Positions 17,612 to 27,075 of a stretch of 64,000 nt of DNA are shown piece by piece. The DNA comes from Vicinamibacterales bacterium (GTDB taxonomy: Bacteria; Acidobacteriota; Vicinamibacteria; Vicinamibacterales; JAMQPK01): the NCBI GenBank assembly GCA_963850725.1, contig CAWKMQ010000031.1:4221-68220 (forward strand). The letters run 5' to 3'. Numbering within the stretch: position 1 is the stretch's first letter; each line of letters starts with the position of its first letter. Below the pieces are notes generated by a model, which saw only the letters and a program-made list of their open reading frames with translations, was not told where the DNA came from and ran no database searches. A program made the position numbers and the translations under genes.

Positions 17612-19061
17612 CTCCATTGAAAAGCAGGACCTGCCAGTGCGAGCGCGACACGCTCGTCCGCGGGGATCGAGTTGTCGGCAAGGAATCCGCGGAGCGGATC
17701 GCCGGACGGGATATCGACGAGATCGAGAAGCCCGCGTGGGTCGACGCGCTGTCACGCGAAGGCGTCGCGCGAATCGTGCGCGCGAGCTCGGCGCGGTTCA
17801 GCAGCGAATCGGGATCGGCCCATTCCTGCGTCGTGTCCCCGAACCCCTTGGGCGATTGCGGCGACCAGAGCGGATGGCGCAATTGACGCAGCAGCGGCAG
17901 CACCGACTCGCTGACGTCTGTGCGCGTTGAACGCGCGGAGCGCGGCGACGAGCCAGTCCTGCGGCGTGCGGAACTTCCGTCGCCCCTTCGCTCCAGGCGT
18001 CGTCGAGGTCGACGAGCGCGAGCGACACGGCGCGAAGATCGCCGTCGCTGTCGCGAAACACGCGCGCGATGCGATCGACCGCCGCCGCCGGCGGCTGGTC
18101 TCCGACGAAATGCGTGACGAGCTTCGTCGCGACAAAGCGCGCGGTGGACGGATGGCGGCAGAGCGCGCGGATCACCCGCTCGCCTTCCTCTTCACCATCG
18201 TCGCCGTATTTCACCCCGAGAACAGTCTTCGCACCCGGCTCGTGCAGCAGCGCCTGAAACGTGAATCCGATGGGACCGTTGCGGTCCGGATCCGCGGTGG
18301 CTGGCGTGGCGCCGGTCCGGCCGTTCGGCCTGCGGCCGCGCTGGGCCGTGACCTGCGGCGCTCCCCGCACCAGCCCGGCCACCGTCCACCCGGTGAGAAT
18401 CTTCGCGAGCTCCTGGACATCCTGCTGCGTGTATCCACCGTCAACGCCAAGCGTGTGAAGCTCGAGCAGCTCGCGCGCGTAGTTTTCGTTCAACCCGCGC
18501 TTCTGGCCCCGGCCGCCGCGGCCGCTGAACTGTCCTCCGCGCGAATTGGGGCCGATCGACTGGAAGTTGTCGAGGTAGACGAGCATCGCCGGATGCCGCG
18601 CGGACGCGAGCACCATGTCTTCGAAGCGGCCGAGCACATGCGGCCTGATGGCTTCGCGCTCGTAGCTGCCGGCCAGCGGCGCGACCAGGACCTTGGCGCC
18701 GGTGGACACGCACAGATGGTTCGACCAGAAGGCGACGAGCCGCTCGACAAACGGCCGATCGCTCGTGACGCGCTGGGTCGAGCGCCGCGTGGCTTTCGGC
18801 GGCCGCAATCTGGACGAGACGCCGGCGGGCCTGTTGCCGCGCCTGCTGTTGTTCCTGTTGTCCGGCGGCCTGCCCGACCGCCCGAAATGCATGGAGGGCT
18901 TCGGCGATAGCGGCGGGTGATGCTTCGGCCGGGGCGGCAAGGAGGGGCGCGCCGCCCTGCAGCTGCGCGCGCAGCCAGGCCCGCGGCTCGCTCGCCAGCC
19001 GGGTGTCGCCCGCACGTGCGCCGAGACCAAACCCGTTGAGCGCGCGATGTGTGGCGTTCAT
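17608..19061 (-). pseudogene. DUF1800 domain-containing protein, at least 4 frame changes
   Basis: N-terminus MNATHRALNGFGLGARAGD (18441..19079). Core FWSNHLCVS...LLELHTLGVDGGYTQQDV (17798..19030). The C-terminal pieces lie in three further frames and end ALALAGPAFQWR. Confidence 0.75.
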
Positions 19062-19173
19062 GATGACCTCTGATCCCATTAGACGACGTCAGGGGCCGAA
19101 AGTGCATACGCGTCACAAACTTTTCACGGTTTGCGGCAGGCGTCAAAACGGGACACGACGCGGTTCAACAGGA

Positions 19174-19250
19174 GGTTCGGCAGTTCGGAGATTCCGGAGC
19201 TAGGCGAACTCTTCGAAACGAACTCCTCGACTGACGAACCTGACGACTCG
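19174..19250. repeat. Short degenerate copy of the GTTCG / CGAAC inverted array
   Basis: ggttcggcagttcggag ... cgaactcttcgaaacgaactcctcgactgacgaacctgacgactcg. It lies downstream of the hydrolase gene and upstream of the DUF1800 start. Confidence 0.7.
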
Positions 19251-19271
19251 CAACCTTGCACTCCGGCCTTC

Positions 19272-21016
19272 TTAGCAGCGCGACGATCTCGCGTGGCGTG
19301 AGCTTTTCCCGGCGAACGCTCGCGCCGGAAAGCGTGAAGGCGCTCGCCGGCGTTGTGGATCGCGATGCGATCGCCCGCGAGCGCGAGGGCGGTGGACAGA
19401 TCGCCCGCGCGGCGCAGGCCCGGGATGTACAACCGATCGACGAAGGCCGCGTCGCTGCGTCGTGTCGAAGTCGCCGACATCGAGCACCATCTTCCGGCCC
19501 GGCTCGATTGCCGACGCGAGGAGAGCCGCGAGCGCGTTGTCTCCAGATGCCACGAGCACCGCATCGGGTGCGACGCGCAACGCCTCGACGATGTCGGCCA
19601 CACGCTGGCTCGCCGCGGTCCTGTTGTAGGTGTCGAAGTGCGGAATCTTTTCTGCTTCGGCCGCATCGAACGGCGTGAAATCGATCGCCTTCACGATGAA
19701 GCCCGCCGAACGGAGTTGACGCTCCAGGGCCGGATCGGCCCCGGCGACGATCGCCGTTCGACGCCGGCCCGACCCGGCGGGTGTCGCCGCGCCAGGTGAT
19801 GACGACCCATATCCCAGCGCCAGACGCAGCGCGCGCGCTCGTGCGTCGAGCGGCAACGATGCCAGCTGGCCTCGAGCGGCGGCAATCCAGTTTTCGGTGA
19901 GTTGAGCGGCCGTCACCGCGCCGTCGGGCACGGGCCGCTGATGGAAGACGAGCAGATCGGGCAGCGGCTCCGGTGTGAACGCGCGCTCTTCGCGCTTGAC
20001 GTCGGCGGGGGCGCCTTGCAGCCAGCGCGCCATCCACGCGTAGACCGCTTCGCGCGAGTCGCGGTTGTAGTTGTGAGGCGCGTCGAACTGCACGCCGTGC
20101 ACGCGATCGGCCGCGCCCCTCAGCGCATACAGCTCGCGAACCGCCGGGTACTCCCGCTTCATCGTGTTCGTCGTCCAGTCGCCGGTGGCCGACACCATCA
20201 AGAGCGGCCGCGGGGCAATCGTCGCGGCGATTTCCACGTTGGTCGTGTCGAGCCGCAGCCCGGGCTGGTTTTCGCAGAGGCAGCCGCCCTGCATCTGGAG
20301 CGAGATCATGTTGACGGGCGCGGCGACGGCCACACGTTCGTCAACCGCCGCGAGGAGAAAGACCTGCGTGCCGCCGCCCGATGCGCCTGTCGCGCCGATG
20401 GCGTCGCGCCGCACGTAAGGCAGCGACTCGAGAAAGTCGAGCGCGCGGATGCCGTTCCACAACTGCAGCCCCGCGACGCTCAGGCCCCACAGCTTCTCGC
20501 GCGGGCCGCCGAACAACCGATGCGCGAAGCTGCCAGCTGTCGTTGTAGCCGACCATGTCGATCGTGAACACGACGAAGCCCTGGCGCGCGAGGTTGATCG
20601 CGCGCCCCGGCACCGAGGCAATCGCCGAGTTTTCGAGGCGGCCGTACGCCCAGTGCCCGTGCGGCGACAGAATCGCCGGAAACGGGCCCTCGCCGGCAGG
20701 ACGGTAGAGATTCCCCGTGACAAAAAACCCCGGCAGGCTTTCGAAGTACACCTTCGATACGCTGTAGTCGTCGCGCTTGATCTCGCCGAACACCTGCGCG
20801 CGCGAGCGGCGTTCGCTCGGGCATGGGCATCAATCCGGCGGATTCCAGAATCAGTTCGCGTATGTGCGCGGCGCGCTGGTTCCAGGCGTCGAGCGACGTG
20901 AAGTGCGGCGGCGCGAACGTATCGTTGAGCGTCCGATACGTCCTGGTCTGGGCCAGCGTCGTCTGTCCACCGAGCACGACGGCCGTCAACGCAAGCACGC
21001 CTAGAGAAATTCGCAT
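19272..21016 (-). pseudogene. secreted alpha/beta hydrolase (acetyl xylan esterase / dienelactone hydrolase-like) with C-terminal extension, at least 4 frame changes; 3' end uncertain (19165-19275)
   Basis: Signal peptide MRISLGVLALTAVVLGG (ATG at 21016). Pieces in ORFs 20480..21076, 20341..20793, 19272..21401 (GATGASGGG nucleophile elbow), 19124..19666 and 19165..20037. Confidence 0.65.
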
Positions 21017-21049
21017 ATGACCCCCTCGTTTCGGGCCTGATGGTAGCAG

Positions 21050-21079
21050 TTGACACGCCCGGCTGAATTTGTTCATAAT
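21050..21079 (+). promoter_or_regulatory. sigma70-like promoter of the PadR gene: TTGACA (21050-21055), 18-nt spacer, CATAAT (21074-21079)
   Basis: Read directly. The ATG at 21090 is only about 4-5 nt from the predicted start site and no Shine-Dalgarno intervenes. AATTTGT direct repeats at 21066-21072 and 21077-21083 overlap the -10 element. Confidence 0.5.
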
Positions 21080-21089
21080 TTGTAATTAA

Positions 21090-21422
21090 ATGGCGCGCGA
21101 CCTCCTCACCGACTTCGAGCTGATGATTCTCCTGGCCATCCTGCGGCTCGGCGATCAGGCCTACGGCGTGCCGATCGCGCGGGAAATCGAAACCACCGGA
21201 CGCCGCAGCGTGATTCTCGGTGCGGTCTATACCGCCCTCGAGCGCCTCGAGCGCAACAGCATGGTATCGTCGCGGATGGGCAACCCCAGCCCCGAGCGCG
21301 GGGGCCGCGCCAAGCGATTCTTCGACGTCACGCCGCAGGGACTCAAGGCGGTCAAGGACACGCAACGCTCGCTCGTCGCGCTCTGGAAAGGCGTGGCTCA
21401 ACTGAAGGGAGGGACGGTATGA
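21090..21422 (+). CDS. PadR family transcriptional regulator
   Basis: 110 aa. The winged-helix core LAILRLGDQAYGVPIAREIE...GAVYTALERLERNSMV is typical of PadR. Confidence 0.9.
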   Translation: MARDLLTDFELMILLAILRLGDQAYGVPIAREIETTGRRSVILGAVYTALERLERNSMVSSRMGNPSPERGGRAKRFFDVTPQGLKAVKDTQRSLVALWKGVAQLKGGTV

Positions 21423-21880
21423 CAGCCCCGAAGCCGCCCAGACTCGCTGAAGCGCTGCTCGGCAGGCTCGCGCTCGATAACGAGCCGCTCGCCGGCGACA
21501 TCATCGAAGAGTTCCGGCGCCGGAACTCGCGGCTCTGGTTGTGGCGCCAGCTCATCGCCGCGCTCGTCATGCAGGCCCTCTACGCCCCGCATCCTCCCGT
21601 CGCGCTCAACCTGACGCCGACCGATCCGGTGGTCGCCGAGTGGCTGATGTGGAAGCGGCTCGACCAGGAAAGAGAAGCGGTGAGCCTCACCGGCAGCGGC
21701 GTCGAAGGCATCGGCGGGCTGACGATGGTCATCCTCGGCTTCATGATGTCGACCGTTATTCCTGCGATCTGGTGGTTTGTCGTTGGAGGGATCGGAGCGG
21801 GGCTCGTGCTTGGCATTGTGAAGTTGAGGTCACGGAGGTTGCGTGTCTCAACACGGAGACACGGAGGCACGGAGGATTAG
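21419..21880 (+). CDS. membrane protein with PadR-associated (ADOP-like) N-terminal peptide; C-terminal tail encoded by CACGGAG repeats
   Basis: Start overlaps the PadR stop (ATGA). N-terminus PPRLAEALLGRLALDNEPLAGDIIEEF. Two predicted TM stretches. The last about 15 codons (RRLRVSTRRHGGTED) run through the repeat. Confidence 0.6.
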   Translation: MTAPKPPRLAEALLGRLALDNEPLAGDIIEEFRRRNSRLWLWRQLIAALVMQALYAPHPPVALNLTPTDPVVAEWLMWKRLDQEREAVSLTGSGVEGIGGLTMVILGFMMSTVIPAIWWFVVGGIGAGLVLGIVKLRSRRLRVSTRRHGGTED

Positions 21881-22251
21881 GGCTTCTTTGAATGTAGCGC
21901 GGCATCGGGCGCGCCGTTCATGATGCGCTTGAGCAGGTCGACTCGATAGGCCGCGTCAAAGACTGCCCTTGTAACACAGCGGCACGATCCGCTCGGCGAC
22001 GACCTTCAATCCCCGCTCACGCAATTCATAGATCAGACAGGCACGGTACACACTCTCGAGCAATCCCGGGCCAAGTATGCGATGAACCTCGATCGCCGCC
22101 TGGATTATCAGGAATGTGATGTCATTGAAGGGGTGTGGAGTCACAGACGATGCGAAGTGCAACCATCACGCCGCCGGAAATCTTCGAAATTCACGACATG
22201 CTTTTCGATATTGCAGTTTCTTCTCCGTGCCTCCGTGCCTCCGTGTTGAAG
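21846..22251. mobile_element. Cassette bounded by 29-nt inverted repeats (21846-21875 and 22223-22251) that encloses a degraded GxxExxY gene
   Basis: Left repeat is tctcaacacggagacacggaggcacggagg. The reverse complement of the right repeat is cttcaacacggaggcacggaggcacggag (26/29 identical). Both are built of CACGGAG heptamers. Confidence 0.4.
21877..22162 (-). pseudogene. GxxExxY (PD-(D/E)XK_3 family) protein remnant: frameshifted and internally deleted
   Basis: ORF 21956..22162 gives ...IIQAAIEVHRILGPGLLESVYRACLIYELRERGLKV with the GxxExxY motif. After a premature stop, another frame gives AVFDAAYRVDLL|KRIMNG. The catalytic core between DLL and the C-terminal KRI appears to be missing. Confidence 0.7.
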
Positions 22252-22286
22252 AAAGCGAAACTCCGTGCCCTCAATCAGCTCCTCCG

Positions 22287-23652
22287 TCACTTGACGTATA
22301 CAGTTTTGATATTCACGAACTCCTTGATCCCGTAGCTCCCCAACTCGCGGCCGTACCCGGATTCCTTGATGCCGCCAAACGGCAGGCGGGGATCGGACGC
22401 GACCAGCGCGTTGACGAACGTGCACCCCGCTTCGAGCTCACCGGCGACGCGCTCGCCCCTCGCCACGTCCCTCGTAAACACCGCGGCGCCCAGCCCGAAG
22501 ATGCTGTCGTTCGCGATGCGGATCGCGTCGGCCTCGTCGCGTGCCGTCACGATCGCCGCGACCGGCCCGAAGAGCTCTTCGTCGTACGCCGGCATGCCCT
22601 TCCGGACACCGGTCAAGACCGTCGGCGGATAGAACGACCCGCGGCCTGACGGGAATCTCGCCACCAAGCAGCGCTTTCGCGCCCTTCGCCACCGAGTCGA
22701 CGACCTGTTTGTGCAGCTCGTCGCGCAGGTCCGGCCGCGACTGCGGGCCGACGTCGGTGCCGTCCGCCATGGGGTCGCCCATCTTCCTGGTCTTCATCGC
22801 GGCCACGAACTTCTCGGTGAACGCCGCCGCGAGAGACTCGACGACGATGAAGCGCTTGGCGTTGACGCAGCTCTGACCCGAATTGATCAGGCGCGAGGTG
22901 ACGCACGTGTTCACCGCCAGATCGAGGTCGGCATCGTCGAGCACGATGTACGCATCCGATCCCCCAAGCTCCAGCACGGTTTTCTTGATCACCGCTCCGG
23001 CCTGCGCCGCAACGGCTTTGCCGGCGGGCGTGCTGCCGGTCAACGTCACCGCAGCCACGAGCGGATTCTCGATGACCGCTTTCACCTGACGGCTGCCGAT
23101 CAGCAGCGTTCTGAACACGCCCCTGGGAAATCCAGCCTCGACAAACACCTGCTCGATCGCCAGCGCGCAGCCCGGCACGTTCGACGCGTGCTTCAGCACG
23201 CCGGCATTGCCGGCCATCAGCGCGGGCGCCGCAAACCGGAAGACCTGCCAGAAGGGAAAATTCCACGGCATGACGGCGAGCACGACGCCGATCGGCTCGA
23301 ACGCCACGCCCGATTTCGATGCGTCCGTCTTGATCGTCTCGGGCGCCAGATGGCCCTCGGCATGGTCGGCGTAGTAGTCGCAGCCGAGCGCCGATTTTTC
23401 GGCTTCGGCAATCCCCTGCTTGAAGGGTTTGCCCATTTCGAGCGCCATCAGCGTCGCGAACTCTTCCTTCCGCTGCCGAAGAATGGCGGCGGCCTTCTTC
23501 ATGGGCACGGCGCGCTCCCTGAAAGGGACCTTGCGCCAGGTCTTCCATGCCTCATGCGCTTCGGCCACAGCCGCGGCCGTTTGTTGAGGCGTCATTTCGT
23601 CGTAGGTTTTGATCGTGTCGCCTGTGGAGGGGTTGACCGATTCGATAGCCAT
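22287..23652 (-). CDS. NAD(P)-dependent succinate-semialdehyde dehydrogenase-type aldehyde dehydrogenase, one frame change near 22650
   Basis: ORF 22438..23652 (N-terminal 330 aa; LELGGSD, SGQSC) joins ORF 22287..22667 (GSFYPPTVLTGV...PFGGIKESGYGRE). Confidence 0.85.
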
Positions 23653-23819
23653 AGCCCCCTATTATCGCTCGCGTGTCCGGTGTTCAGCGAGGAGCGGCAG
23701 ACGTGTGGCGTGAGCGTGAGTGGAAGCGAATTACACGTGGGTGAGTCGGGCGCGGGGCTTCGTCTCGACGGCCGCCGGCCGCCGGCCCAGCGCCAGAACG
23801 TCCTGGATCATGAGCGAGC

Positions 23820-24452
23820 TCATCGTTCTGCAGCGTCGATGGGGCTCAATGGCTGGCATTCGACACGCGTCCGGCCGGCCGCAATGGCGGCGCAGATGGC
23901 GTCCGGGTGCAGCTCGGCGTCAATCAGCGAATACGTCGTGCCCAGTTGACGCAGGCGGTGCACGTCGCAGTTCCCGACGAGAGGCTTGCCGTTCGCCGCC
24001 GCCCATCGCTCGGCCCGTGTATTGAAGTTGACGAACCGCGTGAACATCGCGTTGTACTCGACGGCGTCGAAGAGCTCCGCGTGCCGATCCATGGCGCCTC
24101 GCAGGCAGGTGGGCGCCGGGAAGAACGGATGGGGCGCAATGACGAGCCCGGGCTCGCGCTGCTTCAGACGCGCGAGGTCTGCAAACGTGCGTACGCCATC
24201 GGTGCCGCTCTTGAAATTGAGCAGCAGCACGTGGCGTCCCTCAATCGATCGCTCCGCACCCGGAATCAGGACGAGGCCTCGCTCCCTGGCGTACGGCGTC
24301 AGCTCCGAAATGTCGAGCTGATGTTCGTGCAGCGTGATCGCGAGCGCGTGATAGCCGAGAGAAACCGCGTGATCGATGAGCTCGGTGGCGGTATGGGGAA
24401 TCCGATCAATCGGGTCGTCGGACGTGTGCGTGTGTAGTTCGACCTTCAGCAT
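23820..24452 (-). CDS. PHP domain-containing metal-dependent phosphoesterase
   Basis: Intact 210-aa ORF. N-terminal ELHTHTSDD PHP signature. Confidence 0.8.
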   Translation of the reverse strand: MLKVELHTHTSDDPIDRIPHTATELIDHAVSLGYHALAITLHEHQLDISELTPYARERGLVLIPGAERSIEGRHVLLLNFKSGTDGVRTFADLARLKQREPGLVIAPHPFFPAPTCLRGAMDRHAELFDAVEYNAMFTRFVNFNTRAERWAAANGKPLVGNCDVHRLRQLGTTYSLIDAELHPDAICAAIAAGRTRVECQPLSPIDAAER

Positions 24453-24515
24453 ACTGGGGCTTTAGCAGTGTGACACAGGCGTGAATTACATTTCTGTCGT
24501 GTTCGAAAATGCACA

Positions 24516-25682
24516 CTATGCCGTTCCGCAGGTCACGATCATTCCCCGGTGTCGAAGCTCGCGCACGAAGGGCGCGACCGGCACCACCTGCTCGGGCGCC
24601 CAGACGCCCGGACGCACTTTCATTTCTCCTGCGAGCATCAGCTGAACGGCAATCGAGGGCGGCGCACCGGTGTCGATGTCGGGTCCGATCCCGTGTCCGG
24701 CATGGTTGTCGGCGTGGCAATCGGCTGTCACCATCACGCGGCGCCGGCCGACCGTGCCTCGAACGACCGTGCGCAACACTTCATAACGAACGGCCTTCCC
24801 CATCTGAACGGGCGGCGCGAGACGGCGGACCAGCGCCATCAACACGTCTCGAGGCACGATGCCATGACCGTTGGTCGACGGGAGGGCGCACGTCTCGGTC
24901 AGCCCCAGTTGCACGAGGAACATGAGCTTCTCGCGAAAGTCCTTCTCGAAGGCCTGCCGGAACGTCACCTCGCGGATCCCGCGCTTTCGAAACGACAGCG
25001 GCAGGGTCGCCACTTCGGAGTGCAGCGTCGTATCGACGCCCATCGTGCCGACCGGGACCGGAAACTGGACCGCCATCCGCTCGCGCGGATCGAGGGGCGG
25101 AACCATCTTGAACTTGCCTTCTCTGAACACGGCAGACGGCATCGTGAACTCGTCCAGCAGCGTGTCGGCCGAGTAGCCGAATCCGAGCGGCGACGCGTTG
25201 CGAAAACGCGTTTGATCGATGTTGCCGACCAGGCAATGGATCTCGCGAACCTGGTCGAGTCCGCGCGACGCCATCACGGCGAGCACGTTCACAATCCCTG
25301 GCGCCGAGCCGATGCCGAGGATGGCCATCACGCCGCGCCGTTTGAACGCGGACGCCAGCTCGAGCTGCTGTCGCGTGACGTGGAACAGACCGCCGAGATC
25401 GATGTAGTGCGCGCCAGCGTCGAGCGCGCCGTGCATCGCGTCCAGATTGAAGCGATACGGGAGCGACGCGATGGTCGCGTACGCACCGGAGAGCACCTTT
25501 CGCAGGCTTTCCGGGTCGGTGACATCGACCTGTGCCGTCTCGACCGGAAGTCCACGCACGGCGGAGACGTCGCGGTCGGCGATCACGACGTGAACCTTGT
25601 TGCCGCAGGTACGCACGAGGTCGAGCGCGGTGATCCGGCCCATCGCACCTGCGCCTCCGAGAATGACAACGCGCGGCTTCAT
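24516..25682 (-). CDS. saccharopine dehydrogenase family NAD(P)-binding protein
   Basis: MKPRVVILGGAGAMG Rossmann start (ATG at 25682; the ORF track start of 25715 would overlap the upstream gene). Family-typical length of about 388 aa. Confidence 0.85.
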   Translation of the reverse strand: MKPRVVILGGAGAMGRITALDLVRTCGNKVHVVIADRDVSAVRGLPVETAQVDVTDPESLRKVLSGAYATIASLPYRFNLDAMHGALDAGAHYIDLGGLFHVTRQQLELASAFKRRGVMAILGIGSAPGIVNVLAVMASRGLDQVREIHCLVGNIDQTRFRNASPLGFGYSADTLLDEFTMPSAVFREGKFKMVPPLDPRERMAVQFPVPVGTMGVDTTLHSEVATLPLSFRKRGIREVTFRQAFEKDFREKLMFLVQLGLTETCALPSTNGHGIVPRDVLMALVRRLAPPVQMGKAVRYEVLRTVVRGTVGRRRVMVTADCHADNHAGHGIGPDIDTGAPPSIAVQLMLAGEMKVRPGVWAPEQVVPVAPFVRELRHRGMIVTCGTA

Positions 25683-25704
25683 GCGATCGGGCCTCCCGTT
25701 TCCA

Positions 25705-27075
25705 TTACGCGGCATCTGCCAGGCATGACCCGAGCACGGTCAGCCCCTCCTCGAGTTCAGCGTCCGTGATCACCAGCGGCATCAGCGTGCGAATGACGTT
25801 GCCGCCGAGGCCCGCGGAAAGGAGCAACAGTCCCCGCGCGGCTGCCAGCGCAAGGACACGCGCGGTGCGAGCGGCATCGGGCCGCAACGTCCCCTCTTCA
25901 ACCAGTTCGATCGCGCGCATCGCGCCCACGCCACGGGCATCGGCGATGAACGGATACCGGGACGCCATTTCCTCGAAGCGCGATCCGACGAGGTCGCCAA
26001 TGGCTTCGGCGCGATCCGACAGTCCTTCCTCTTCGATGGTCTCGATAGCACCGAGGGCCGCCGCGCAGGAAACAGGGTTCCCGCCGAACGTGCCGCCCAG
26101 TCCGCCGGGCTGTGCCGCGTCCATGATCGCGGCGCGGCCGACGACCGCCGAAAGCGGGAAGCCATTCGACAGCGATTTCGCCAGGCACATGAGATCGGGC
26201 TCGAGGCCGAAACGCTCGCACGCGAACATCCGCCCGGTCCGGCCGAACCCCGTCTGCACTTCATCGGCGATCAGAAGGATGCCGTGCGCCTTGCAGGTCG
26301 CGGCGAGATCGGCCAGGAACTCCTGCGGCGGCACGATGAAGCCGCCTTCGCCGAGCACCGGCTCGATAATCGCGCAGGCGATCGAGTCCGGCCGCACGGT
26401 GCTCGTCAGAAAGCGGTGCAGCTCGGCGATCGAATGCGCGACAAATGATTCCGCCGACGTACCGGACGGCCGCCGCAACATGTCCGGAAGCGGAAACCGG
26501 TACACCTCGGGAGCGAACGGACCGAACCCGTGCCGGTAAGGAAAGGATTTGCTCGTCAGCGACAGCGCGAGCAGGGTGCGGCCGTGAAACCCGGGATCGA
26601 ACGCGAGCACGGCAGACCGGCCAGTCGCCGCTCGCGCGATTTTGATGGCGTTCTCGACGGCTTCGGCCCCGCTGTTGAACAGCGCCGCCTTGACGGGGTC
26701 GGCAATCGGCACGATTGAGCACAGCTTCCGCGCCAGCGCCACATAGGGCTCGTAGGGCGCCGTCATGAAGCACGCGTGCTGCAGTTTGGCCAACTGCTCC
26801 CGTACGCGCGTCATGACACGCGGCGCCGAATGGCCGGCATTGAGGCAGCCGATGCCGCCGCCGAAATCCAGGAACACGTTGCCATCGACGTCGACCAGAC
26901 GCGCACCTTCGGCCCGCTCGAAGAAGATGCCGTGTCTGGCTTCGGCCACGCCCGCCGCCACGAAGCGCCGGCGCTCCTCGACGAGCGCAAGGCTCCGCGG
27001 CCCCGGCAGTGCCGTGCGGATGCGGATCGCGTCGCGTCTCTCGAGTCCCGAAACGTTTTCCACGTTCCTCACCAC
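25705..27075 (-). CDS. class-III aminotransferase (4-aminobutyrate / omega-amino acid:2-oxoglutarate transaminase-like)
   Basis: Intact 456-aa ORF. FHGRT, EPVLGEGG, ADEVQTGFGRTG and LAKSLSNG motifs. Confidence 0.9.
   Translation of the reverse strand: MVRNVENVSGLERRDAIRIRTALPGPRSLALVEERRRFVAAGVAEARHGIFFERAEGARLVDVDGNVFLDFGGGIGCLNAGHSAPRVMTRVREQLAKLQHACFMTAPYEPYVALARKLCSIVPIADPVKAALFNSGAEAVENAIKIARAATGRSAVLAFDPGFHGRTLLALSLTSKSFPYRHGFGPFAPEVYRFPLPDMLRRPSGTSAESFVAHSIAELHRFLTSTVRPDSIACAIIEPVLGEGGFIVPPQEFLADLAATCKAHGILLIADEVQTGFGRTGRMFACERFGLEPDLMCLAKSLSNGFPLSAVVGRAAIMDAAQPGGLGGTFGGNPVSCAAALGAIETIEEEGLSDRAEAIGDLVGSRFEEMASRYPFIADARGVGAMRAIELVEEGTLRPDAARTARVLALAAARGLLLLSAGLGGNVIRTLMPLVITDAELEEGLTVLGSCLADAA

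Noticed and set aside
19272-21401. A 709-aa ORF that extends the hydrolase upstream across the PadR gene.
   Set aside because: Only the segment from about 19470 to 20530 is hydrolase-like in this frame. The portion from 20530 to 21401 is antisense to PadR and out of frame with the real N-terminus, which starts at 21016 with a signal peptide.
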